Shown here piece after piece: positions 39,748 to 52,172 of a DNA stretch of 64,000 nt. Origin of the DNA: Piromyces finnis finn (taxonomy: Eukaryota > Fungi > Neocallimastigomycota); assembly GCA_002104945.1 (NCBI GenBank), contig MCFH01000033.1:248001-312000 (forward strand), in the 5' to 3' direction. How positions within the stretch are numbered: position 1 is the stretch's first letter; every line of letters starts with the position of its first letter. A program made the translations under genes and the position numbers. The notes below the pieces were generated by a model that saw only the letters and a program-made list of their open reading frames with translations, was not told the DNA's origin and searched no databases.

Positions 39748-41979
39748 ATAACCAAAATAACCACAATAACCACAACATCTTTCCCAAAAATTAAATAATC
39801 AATATTACTAAAATAAAAAATGTGATCATTTATCGTTATTACGTTAATTTTATTTTATTAAGTTGTTTAAAATTCTATTTATTAATTTAGAAAGAATAAT
39901 ATATATAATACAAATAATATTTATTAAAGAAAAAATTTATTTATTAAAATTTAAAGAAGTTAAATTATTTAAAAAATATATACCAAACGCAAAATCAAAT
40001 GGATGAAAATAATCACCATAAAAAAAACAAAAACAAAATTTAGAAGAAATAATATTTATTAAAATGAATACAAAATAAAATTCAGTAAAAAAATTATACC
40101 AAACGCAAAAAAAAAAGATGAAATAAATCATCATAATTTATTGGAAATATTCTATATTAAAATTCAAAAAATAGAAAAATTATTTATAAAAGAAATAATC
40201 AAACAAAACCAAAACAAAAACAGTAATAATACCAAAAAATTAACTATCTATAAAAAAACCAAAAAAAAAATCTATTAAGTTATTATATATATTATTTATT
40301 TAATTTTTTTTATCTATATTTATTGTAGTTTTTTTTCTCATAAAAATTAAAAATTAAAAAATAAAAAAAAACATGAAAATTTTTAAAAAAAAAATAATTA
40401 TTAATTCTAAGTATATAAATTTAGAAATTTTTGATTTTATTAAAGTCAAAAGTTTTAAAGATATATAAAAAAGTAGTAAATTTTATAGAGTTAGTATTAA
40501 TAATTTAAGAAGTAATTTAAATGATAATATAAAAAGGACATTTTTGTCGATTAAATACAAGAATATTATTGTATTTAAAAAAATATTATCAGCTTTAAAG
40601 TTTAATAAATAAAATTGAAAAAATTAACACAAACAACTAAACCAAAAACCCAAAAACCTTAAAATCCCCTCTTCCCTTTTCCCCTTTTTATTTTTAATAT
40701 GTGTGTGTCCTTTTAAAGGTCTTAATGATTTAAAAAGCGACACTTTGAAGTTTGTAAAATTTTTAAGTATACCCTAAATTTTCCCATTTTCATTGAAGAA
40801 ACTAGTTCTTTTATTCCTAAGTGATTGACATAGTTTCTTGCTATGTTTTGTTACTTGAATCGAATTAAAAAAAAAAAAAAAGTTTAAAAATATTTGATGC
40901 CGTTAAAAAAAAAAAAAAAAATAGTTTAGGATTGTATTAGAAACATGTCAACAAAGGAATATGTTGATATGGTTTATCAATGTAGGACCAGGTCCTGATG
41001 GCCATTGTAATTGAATTTTTCAAAAAAAAAAAAAAAAAAACAAACACCTTTTTTTTTTTTTTTGTGATGAAAAAGAATTAACAACAACAACAACAACACC
41101 AAAAAAAAAAAAAAAAAAAAAAAAAAAAGCATTAATCTACTTCTTTAATTTTCAAACTGTAAAATAATTCTTATTCATTTATAGGTTGTGAAAAAAAAAA
41201 AAAAAGTATATATGATTCGATTCTTATTTTTAACATTCTTGACAAAGTTAACTACATGGTGGGTGATAAAATAATTTAAAAACTGGTGTACAGTTTCTTG
41301 GGTATAACAACTTTTTACCATTCATTAAAGTTACGTTCAGTGTATAAAAGGGTCTCATAACTTTTCTTAACTAAAAAAAAAAAAAAAACAATTTTTATAT
41401 CATCATTGAATTAGTTTTAGGATAATCAAGTACGTCCTAGATAACAAAAGAATATTCTATAGACAGAGTTCGCTTCAATATCAGTGTTTCTTTAAAATGA
41501 AAATATTAAGAATTCATGGGAGAGTTTAGTGAACATCACACCACATCATCCTACCTGATATTATTATTATTATTTTTTTTTTATTTCATATGATTTATTG
41601 GGTAGGGACGTATCCCACACACCGTATTAATTAATTACAAAGTTCATCAAAACTTTTATGCAACTTAATTTTATATTTATATCTTTAAAAATATATTTTT
41701 TTTTATTTTATATTTATATATATATATTATTATTATTAATTATTAGTTATTATATCAATATTATTATCAATTATCAATGATTACTATGTAAATTTTTTTT
41801 TAATAAAAATCAACTAAATAAATATTAGTAGAAGAAGAAGTAAATTTTCTTCCTTGTTTAAAAAAAGATAATTCAAAGGAATAGAAATATATTTTACATG
41901 CAAGTGTTAAAATTAAATAAGACAAAATTTTATTATTTGAAAAAGTTAAAAAAAATACAAGATTTGAGTAGAACGGTGG

Positions 41980-42019
<40 letters not shown>

Positions 42020-42794
42020 GAAATGACTAAACACCATTATATATATACCCTAATTTTTATTCATATGTAATTTTATTAAATTTACTTTTTTTTTTTTTTA
42101 ATTTTTAATTATTTTTTTTAAAAAAAAAAAAAAAAACATATGAAATAACTTTAAAGGTTTTAAAATAATTTTGCACTACCATTAATATATCTATTTGATT
42201 CCATTAAAGAAATAAATTTTCACTTGTGTATTGAAATTTCTAATAAGGATTAGTTTGACTTTTCAGATTCCTTGGAAGGAAAAATACTGTTCCGTAATTC
42301 AAATATTTTATCATAAATACTTTTTTTTTTTTTTTTTTTCATTTGAGTTTTGTTATGTTATATATATATATATATTCATTCCCAAATGATGATGCTATTA
42401 AAATTGAATGTATGATATTTAATTTGACCATTTTACAAATCAACAAAAATATGCATATTAATATTTATTTTTTTTTTTTTAAAAAAAAATCTATTCATTT
42501 TTAATAGATAAAAGGTAAAATATAATTAATGATATGTCAAATAAAATAAAAAAAGGTTTTAATAATATTTTATTTATTTATTTTTTTATTTCCCTTTGCC
42601 AAAATTTTTGTTTCTTTTGTGATTTGATTTGGTTCATCCATAAAAATATTATTATTTTTCCAAATACCCAGTTGAAATTAATGATTGAATGGTGGGTATT
42701 TATTTTAATTAAAAAAAAAAAAATTTTTTTAATTTTTTAAACTTTTCTATAATTCTAAAAAATAGATAAAAATTAAAGAAAAAAAAAAAAAAAA

Positions 42795-43399
42795 ATGTCT
42801 GTCAAGGAATACGTTGATAACTTGATTAAAAACGAAAATGTTATGGTTTTCAGTAAGACTTACTGCCCGTAAGTTTATAATTTTATTGATTTAATAATTT
42901 AATTACATTTCAAAAATAATAAATAAATAAATTAAATTTTATAATTTCATCCATAATTATCAATCAATAAAATAGATACTGTGATGCTACCAAAGATTTA
43001 TTAAATAGTTTAAAATGTCAATATAAGGCTATTGAACTTGATGAAATGGGTAAATAATGAATTAATTAATTTTATTATTTTTATTTATTATTATTATTAT
43101 CAAAATAATAAAATTAAAAAATAAATATGTTCAATTAAATAATCAACATTATGGTTATTAATCTTTTTTTATAATCCTCTTTGAAATAATGTCTACTTTT
43201 ATATATTTTTCAATTCTTCGGGTTAACGATATAAAAAGATAATGGAAGACAAATTCAAGATTATCTTTTCGAAATCACAAATCAAAAGACTGTTCCAAAC
43301 ACCTTCATTAGTGGACAACACATTGGTGGAAATGACAAATTACAAGCTAAACACAAGAGCGGTCAATTAATGCCAATCATTAAAGATTTCTGTAATTAA
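42795..43399 (+). CDS. Dithiol glutaredoxin (CPYC), 3 exons, about 100 aa; missed by the ORF track
   Basis: MSVKEYVDNLIKNENVMVFSKTYCP / YCDATKDLLNSLKCQYKAIELDEM / DNGRQIQDYLFEITNQKTVPNTFISGQHIGGNDKL... Contains the CPYC active site, TVP and IGG, with phase-consistent introns. Confidence 0.93.
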
Positions 43400-44575
43400 A
43401 CCGACTAGATAATTTTCAAATAATTGATATTCCATTGAATAAATTTAATAAAATAGGAGGCACACACGCTCTAATATAAAACCAAATCAATTATTAAAAA
43501 TTTGTGAAAAGAAAAAAAGTACACACTTTAAAAAAACTAAAGCATAATCAAAAAATTTAAAGATTTGTAAAAAAAAAAAAAAAAGTAAAAATAAGCAAAT
43601 AAATAAAAATGAAAAACAATTGATTTTTCAGATAAAAATAACAAAAAAAAATATTTTTTATAATATTTAAATATCAATAGTATAATACCATAAAGTTTAA
43701 CATTTATTATTTATTGGAATGTTCTAGTGTTATTTTTTTTATTAAGAATAAAAATGGGTATTTTGTATCCTTGCTACTAATTTCATGAAAATAGCCTTTT
43801 TTTTTTTTATTGGATTAAATGGCTTTTGAAAATATGGGAACTATTGTTTTTGTTTTTATATGTTATATTTTTATAGCTTTTTTTTTCTAAAAAAAAAAAA
43901 AAAAAAAAAAAGAGGACCTTAAAACATGAAAAAAAATAACTTTCTTATTGATATATAAAACACTATTAAAATTAGTATTGTTTTGTGAATACTTTTTTTT
44001 TTCTTTATACAACACTTTTAGGAATGATTATTGTTATTTCACCTATTTTTAAACCATAATTTTTTTTTTTTACCACCTACCACCCACTTTTTATTTTATT
44101 TTTTTTTTAAGAATAATAATGGTAAAGTAGGAGTAGAAAAATTCAATCTTGTCAGTCTTTTATTGGTATTAATTTTTTATTAATGAATAATTAAATTAAA
44201 AAAAAAAAATAATTAAATTATTGAATTAAAAATATATATATATATATTAAAATTCTAATTAAATTTTATTATTAAAAAGAAAAAAAAGAATTATTATTTT
44301 ATTTCAAGGTAAAATCTTTAAAAAAAATTTAAACATCCATTTCTTTTTCAAGAGTAAAAAACGAAAAAGTAACCATTTAATGTTTTTATATTATAAAAAT
44401 AAATAATATATAATCTTTATATTTTTTTTTTCAACTAGAAAAGTTTATTAAAAAGGAAACTTTGAATTTAAAATTATTGTATATATTTTGTAAATAAATA
44501 ATAATATCTATCTATCTATATTTTTTTTAATTTAAAATTTATTAAAAGAAAAGGAATGACAATAATAATATAAAT

Positions 44576-44750
44576 AAAATAAAATAAAATAAAATAAAAT
44601 AAAATAAAATAAAATAAAATAAAATAAAATAAAATAAAATAAAATAAAATAAAATAAAATAAAATAAAATAAAATAAAATAAAATAAAATAAAATAAAAT
44701 AAAATAAAATAAAATAAAATAAAATAAAATAAAATAAAATAAAATAAAAT
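44576..44750. repeat. (AAAAT)35 perfect pentanucleotide microsatellite upstream of Derlin
   Basis: Uninterrupted aaaat units over 175 bp. Confidence 0.97.
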
Positions 44751-44976
44751 AATAAATAATAAATAATCCTATTAAATTGTATAACTATGTTACTATATTT
44801 TTTTTTTTAAAAAAAAAAAAAAGATACTTTATTACTTTTATTAATTATCTAATTTTATTTATATATTACGTTTCCCTCCCCTCTTATCCTAAAGTAACAA
44901 CACGCAGTATATTAAGAAAGATAAAAAAAAAAAGAAAGAAAAGAACAAATAAACAAATAATATATACACTATCAAA

Positions 44977-45246
44977 ATGAATAATTATAATAACCAAAAT
45001 AACAACAATGAAAATACTGAATCCGTATTTACAAAATTTAAAGAATGGTATACAGGAATTCCATTAGTTACTAGATATATTATGACATTATCATTTGCTG
45101 TTCCAATTCTTATGAACTTTGGTATTGTTGGAACTAAAACCATTGCCCTTATTGGTCCTGCTATTTATGAAAAATTACAAGTAATTAAAAATTTTATTAT
45201 TAACATATACTCTCCTATCTATTCCAAATTTTTATTAATATATTTA

Positions 45247-45295
<49 letters not shown>

Positions 45296-46575
45296 TTCAT
45301 TTCTTTAATATAATATTTTCATAAAACGTAACAATTTATTGTCTAATTCATTCGTTTATTATTTGTCAACATACACACACACGTACATACATTATAACTA
45401 AATATTATACATGGATTTACCATCTCAAAAATTGATTAGATATGGCGTTTATTTACTCACTTTTTCGTAAATAAATTAAGTTTTGGTTTCTTGATGAATA
45501 TATTTTTCCTCTACCAATCTTTATCTACTTTAGAAAATCAACAATTTTATGGTCGTAAAGCCGATTATGTTTGGTTCTTTGTATTTGGAATGCTTGTATT
45601 AGATGTAAGATTTTATTTTTATGTTTTATCTAAATTAATAATTTCATCCTAATGTATAATCCATATGGGGATGACCATTATATAATATTATGTTTTACTA
45701 TTACTATTACCACATTATTATTTCTATTTCATATCCCATTATTATTACTACTATATGGATAAATACAAATATAAATTAAAATTTTTTATAATATCAACAA
45801 AAAAAAAAAAATTCACATCATCCATTCTCACCCTATAAATATATCATTTAAATATAAAATCACAAATAAATAGTTAGTTGGTGTAGTTCGTGGTTACTTC
45901 TTTTTACCACAAGCCTTTATGTTCTATATCATGTACTACTGGTCACAAACCAACAGAAATTCTAATGTTTCCTTTATGTTTGGATTCCAATTCAAGGTAT
46001 ATAGCCATACATATATTTAATTTAAAAGAGCACACACGCCAAAATATTAATGATGATAGAATAGTGGTGGTGGTGGTTAAAATAGTATTGTTTATCTATA
46101 AAAAAAGAATATACTATATATCATCAAGAAAAGAAAAGAAAAAAAAAAAAAAAAAAAACATAAAAATATCAGTTCTCTTTATTGTTTTTAAATTGATATC
46201 AATTTTTATAAAATTTGATTCATTCATCTTCAACCTCCCTTTCCATACTATTATTATCATATGCATTAAAATCAATTATTTTTTCTTTTATAATTATTCT
46301 TGAATTAGGCTATATACTTCCCATTTGTTTTAATTGCCTTTGGATTATTAACTGGTGGAGGTCTTGATTTAACTCAACTTCTTGGTATTGGTGTTGGTCA
46401 TATATATTACTTTTTAAAAGATATCTGGCCAAATCAATATGGTGGTCGTCAATTCCTTGCTACTCCAAACTTTATTAAAAAATTATTCCCAGAAGATATT
46501 GAACAAGAACAACCACAAACTGGTCCAACCGATGATGGTAAATACAAATGGGGTTCAGGTCATAAATTAAATTAA
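44977..46575 (+). CDS. Derlin (Der1 family ERAD rhomboid pseudoprotease), 4 exons
   Basis: WYTGIPLVTRY...YEKLQ / IWRLFTHFF...FFLYQ...LENQQFYGRKADY / ...YYWSQTNRNSNVSFMFGFQFK / AIYFPFVLIAF...LLGIGVGHIYYFLKDIWP..GGRQFLATP...KWGSGHKLN*. The WR motif, GxxxG and a C-terminal SHP-like WG.GHKL are present. Confidence 0.93.
45247..45295. repeat. (TAT)n microsatellite in Derlin intron 1
   Basis: A run of tat triplets. It accounts for the poly-Y tail of track ORF 44977..45324. Confidence 0.85.
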
Positions 46576-48873
46576 TTTTTTTTTTTTTTTGAAAAAAGAA
46601 TTTCCAAAAAAAAAAGTCCATCTATATTATATAGCAATAATTGATAATAAAACAAACAAACAAACAAAAAAAAACTATAAAATAATTTAAAATAAATATA
46701 TATATATACCTAATAAAAATAGAATATTATATTTATAATAACAAAGACTAAAATATTTTTAAAAAACATGATAAAAAATAAAAGGGTGGCATTATTTCTT
46801 TTTAATATTTCTATGACTAAATGTTTGGTGGTGGTGATAGTATAAATAGTATATCGAATAAATATATTATGGTGACCAAGTATTTTTTAAAAATAGTTAA
46901 AGTTTACAAATATTAAAATCTACTTGAACTATGTATGTCATTTAAATTGACTTTTTATAAATTGTCTAATATATTTCATTATTAATAATGGTTCGTGGGT
47001 AAAGTCAGAGAGGATTAGGTTATTTAATGGCATGTGAATACATATATTAGATCTATATTTTTACATTAAATAATGGTATCAACATAAATAATGGAAGGTA
47101 TACATAGAAGCATATAGGTATGTAACATCACGTGTATCTGATCATCAAACTCTTATTCTACAGAATGTAGAATGTATTTTAATGTAGTATGTATTCTGTA
47201 TAATGAGGATACCTCTATTGATTGACTTTTTTAGTTTCATAATGGATGGATAAATAAAATAATAACAATGGATTAGCTTAATTTGCACCAATAATATTCA
47301 TTAAAGGATAATAGAATAATAAAAACTAAATTTAATTTATTTATATTAATAATAAAATTTAAATTAAATTTTTTTTTAAATCCAAAAATTTTATTCATTT
47401 TATGTGATACAAACATTGACAGCCACTTTAATAAATATTAGTCATCTTAAATTGTTTTTTTGTTTTTTAGGTTAAATCCTTAGTTGTAGGATATAAATCC
47501 AAAAATAAGAATTTTAAAAGTGAATTATTATTATTTATTATTTATTTACAAAAATACTTTAATAGTATAAAAATAAATATAAAGTATTTTTTATAATATT
47601 CAAGAAATAAAAAAAAAATAATTAAAAATAGAGTCTAATATTAAAAAAAAAATCTTTTTTTTTTATTATTACTTTAATGTGCTTGCCTTTTACATTTCAT
47701 TTCATTCTATTAATACATTTGTGTACATTAATGTATACATAAATGGAATACTTAAAATGGTTTATTTTTTAGGCAAAAAAAGTAAATGGTGTATAGGGTA
47801 GATAGAATCCTTTTTATTTTTTTTAAAATTACTTTCAATAGTCTATTCTTTTTATTCTTTATACTATTTCTCATTATGTTCTATCATGATAATAATATTC
47901 ATTTTTGTCCTTTGTCATGACACTTTTAATCTACTTTATTTTTCCACTTAAATTCTTCTAACCCTTATAAATACTATAACTATTTAATAAATTTAATTTT
48001 TTTAAAAAAAACTGGAGACAAAAACAAAAAATTAATTAAAATAATTTTAATATAGGTTTCGTTTAGTAGAAACTATCTTTTTAAATGTGGTATAAAATTC
48101 TTGGTGGTTTTCTTTTTTTTTTTTGTTTTAAAAAAAAAAACCTTTCATTATTATTATTATAGCATTATATATGAAAATTTTTTACTAAAAAAATTTTTAA
48201 AAATGTTATAATTAAAATAATTTTTATAATCCAATTCTCTTTTTAATTTTACTTTTCATTTATAAAAAAACTATCTATTTCTTTTTTCTTTTTTAAAACT
48301 TTAATATAGACACTAACTTTATTAATTAAAAAAAAATACATTACAAGCTTTTTTTTTTTTTTTACCTTTCTTTCTATATATATCAAAGTACAGATGGGTA
48401 CGACGGTGTGTGTATACGATGCTAAAAATTTTAAAAAAGATTAGAAATTTTAAGGTATTAAGAAAGTTAATAGATAGAATAAATAGAATAATTAAAAAAG
48501 TTTTTTTTTTTTAATTATAATTAATATAAATTTTATATTAATTTTTTTTTTACATGTAACAAAATTTATTGATTAAATTAATATATTATTGAATAGGAAT
48601 ATTTAACTGATTAATATATTTAATTCTATATAAAAAAAATTATTAAAATTTCGAGGGAAATTTTTTTAGAGTTCGAAAGAGTTACTAGAAAGGTAGGTAG
48701 GTGTGGTTAAAGTTAAAAAAAAAAAAAGATATTTATAAATAATGGAATACTTTTTTTTTTATTTCTACTATTCCTATGATAAAAAAAAATATTTGTTGAC
48801 CTTTTTTATGTATTGAATTAATTTTATTACAAGTATTTTTTTTATTATATTATTTCCAATTCTTCTTTTTTTT

Positions 48874-48998
48874 ATTATTATTCCTATTGCTACTATTGCT
48901 ACTATTATTATTATTAGTGTTATTATTAGTGTTATTAATGTTTATTATTATTATTAGTGTTATTGTTATTACTAGTGTTATTAGTGTTATTATTATTA
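48874..48998. repeat. Degenerate TAT/TAG/TGT triplet low-complexity repeat
   Basis: ttattattagtgttattattagtgttattaatg... imperfect units. Confidence 0.7.
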
Positions 48999-51900
48999 TA
49001 AATTATACATTTTTTTATTACAATCATATATGCCTATATAACTATACATGATTATTATGTGTACATTTATCACAAATAATCATCAATCATCAAAAGACTT
49101 GATAAAAAAAGGAGAGATGAATATGGTGCTTGCCATTATCATTATTCAATAATATTATTTATTATTTTTTTTAATTGTATATCAAAAGGAGAATATTTAC
49201 ATAGTTACCTCTTTTAATTTTTTATAAAAAATTAATAAAATGAATAATGAATTCGCATAATTTCATTTCCATTCTAATTCTATTTACTATTAATTATTTA
49301 TTTTTTAATCTATCTTTAATGATATTAATTTATTATTTGAATTTTTCAAACCAATTTATTTTCCATATTTCCAATAATGAATAAGTTGATGAGAGGTGTG
49401 TAAAGCCTAATTAAAAAAAAGTTTATGCGATAATAAATAATGATTAAATAAAATAAATATTTAATAAAACTATGACTATTTAATTATAATTATAATAATA
49501 GATATCATTATTATTTAATTAAAAATACTATTTAATTATAATTATTATTTAATTATAATTATTATTATTATTATTATTATTATTACGCTACTCTAATTTA
49601 TATTATTATTATTATTTCATATACAATTATATACAATTTCATATTTAATATTATTATAACTTTTTCATATTTATTATTTATATATTTAATGAAATAGATT
49701 AATTTTTTTTATATTAAAATAATGATTTAATTTTTTTAATTCCATTTTATTTAATTAAAAATAAAAGTGGATAAACTTTAATTTATAATATTTTAAGATA
49801 AAACATTTTCATATAAATTAATATAAATAATAATATAAATTATTTATTGATTTCAATTCAATTTTAATATATTACTAAATATTATTATCCATTTAAATTA
49901 ATTTTTTTTAGAAAAAACTCACCACCAATAATTTAGGAAGGTTGAAAAAAAAAAAGATCGAATAATAAATAATAATACTATTGAATTATTTCTTCTATAT
50001 AGAACTTTATAGGGTAATTTCTATTAAATAGAATGACCTTGTTGAATATTTCTACTTTATAAATCTATTAACTATTCAATGCATTTATTAAATAGATTGC
50101 TAGGCCATGTCTGTATTTTTTTTTAGCCTATAAGAATGGAAATGTCATTTTCTGATAAATTTTTATGAAATAATTTAATTTCAATAGTATTTTTTTTTTT
50201 TAGATAAAGGTGGCTCTACAATTTTATTAAAAAAAGTTAAAGTTTATATATTTAAATGTAAACAAAAATAAGTCTGTATCATATATTAACAATGTATTGT
50301 AATAATAATTTAATATATGGTAAACTTTGGTTGACATAAATTATATTTTATTTGTTTTTATCTTTTTTTTTTTGATTTAAAGATGGTTTGAATTGAATTC
50401 ATATTAGAATATATTGTAATATACTATAACTATTAATATGATTTAAATATTTAAAATTTATATAGATGAACGCATTATTTAATATATTAAATAATGCTTT
50501 ACCTACAAAGTTTTTTGTGTTAAATAAATTATATATTTATATTAAATAATAACTCTATTAGTATATATTAATAAATATGTTAATATATTATTATATGCTA
50601 ATAGATATATTTACAATAAATTTAAATATATAATGAAATAGAATCATTTTTTTAATAATAAATAAACTTTTATTTATTTACCTATTAATATAATAATTTA
50701 TATTGAATTCATATATTAAACTAACTTTATAATCGATGATTTAAAGTATATTGATTCTGTTTATTCATATATTAGATACATATTAATTAATTAATATAAA
50801 TAGGTAAACTTTTAAAAAAACTCTATATATACTAGGAATACTATTGTTTAATATATTAATATTTATTCTAAATTATTTAGTGAAGGATGCATAAAATAAA
50901 TAATAAAATGCTATTTAATAATAAATAAATCATAAATAAATAATAAATACAACTATTTATTATTTAATATTATTCAATTCTATTTAATACTATTTATTAT
51001 TTATTTATGATTATTTATTTATTCAATACTATTCAATTCTATTTATTATTTATTTATGATTAAATAATAAAACTAAAAAATTTCATCATTAAATAGAGAT
51101 GATGAGTAATTAAAAAAAAAGAAATTAAAAATTTAATTTCATATATAAAGGATTCTATTTTTCTTTTGAAATAAAATTAAAAAAAAAAAAGACTTTTAAA
51201 ATTTTTTTAATAGACATTATTTAAAGTATTTTAGTAGTAGGCAATTTTTTAGAGTCTTTATTTCATTTTTTTAAAGGAAAAAAAAAAGTTTAAAATATCA
51301 CCTTTAATAATAATAATTAATACTATTATGTTTTTACTTCTATAAAATTAAACATTGTTATAGTTTAAAAATATAATAAATACTTTTTGTATTTAAGCTT
51401 TAGAGTTTTTTTATATTAAAAAAAAGTTTTTTTTTTAATAATAATAAAACATTTTTATTTTAAAAAAATTAAATAAATATATTAAACGTCGAAGACTTTT
51501 TTTTCTATTTTTTTTTAAAAAAATACAAAGACAAGTAAAAAAAAATGATATTTTTATTCTAAATTAAAAAAAAAGTCATATACTTTAGGCATAAAAAGAA
51601 GAAAAAAAGTCGATAAAGACTACACTTGTAACATTTAGATAAAAAAAAACTTTAAGAAAAAGAATATCAAAAAATAAATATGAAAAGTTTTATTTCCTAA
51701 AAAAATAAAGCTTTTTTATTAGACACTTTTATACATATCTATTTAAACACTCTTGTATTATTTATTTAAAAAAGTGCATATTAACAATATATATATTAAC
51801 CAATAATGAAATCATTCTATAAAAGCCTATAAAATTAATTTAAGCTTTAAAAAATTTATCATATATTATTATATTATCAATAACTTATTTATATATTAAT

Positions 51901-52172
51901 ATCATATCATAATTATTTAATTACGCAAAATAAATATCTATATTATCCTCATTTATTTAAATAAAAAAAAAGACAATTATCAATATAACTATACAAAACT
52001 TAACTCTACAAAAATTATTATCAAATACACTATATATATATACATTAAAGAAATATAATTTATTACATATATATTTTTAATAAAGAAATCTGAAAAATTT
52101 TCTCAAAAATTAAAACAATTATTTATTTAACGCATACATATATTATCAAATAATTAACTTAATATATCAAAA

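Noticed and set aside
41420-41440. GACGTACTT on the minus strand, similar to the U3 snoRNA 5' end
   Set aside because: The following box A sequence (GATCATTTCTATAG-like) is absent.
42534-42740. F/I/K-rich short ORFs in intergenic DNA (also 18587, 35593, 39937, 44777)
   Set aside because: Their composition is what random AT-rich sequence gives. No motifs or splice support.
45890-46303. 137-aa track ORF
   Set aside because: An off-frame reading of Derlin exon 3 running into intron 3.
47684-47692. GCCTTTTAC, identical to U5 snRNA loop 1
   Set aside because: The flanks do not form the U5 stem and no Sm site context is evident.
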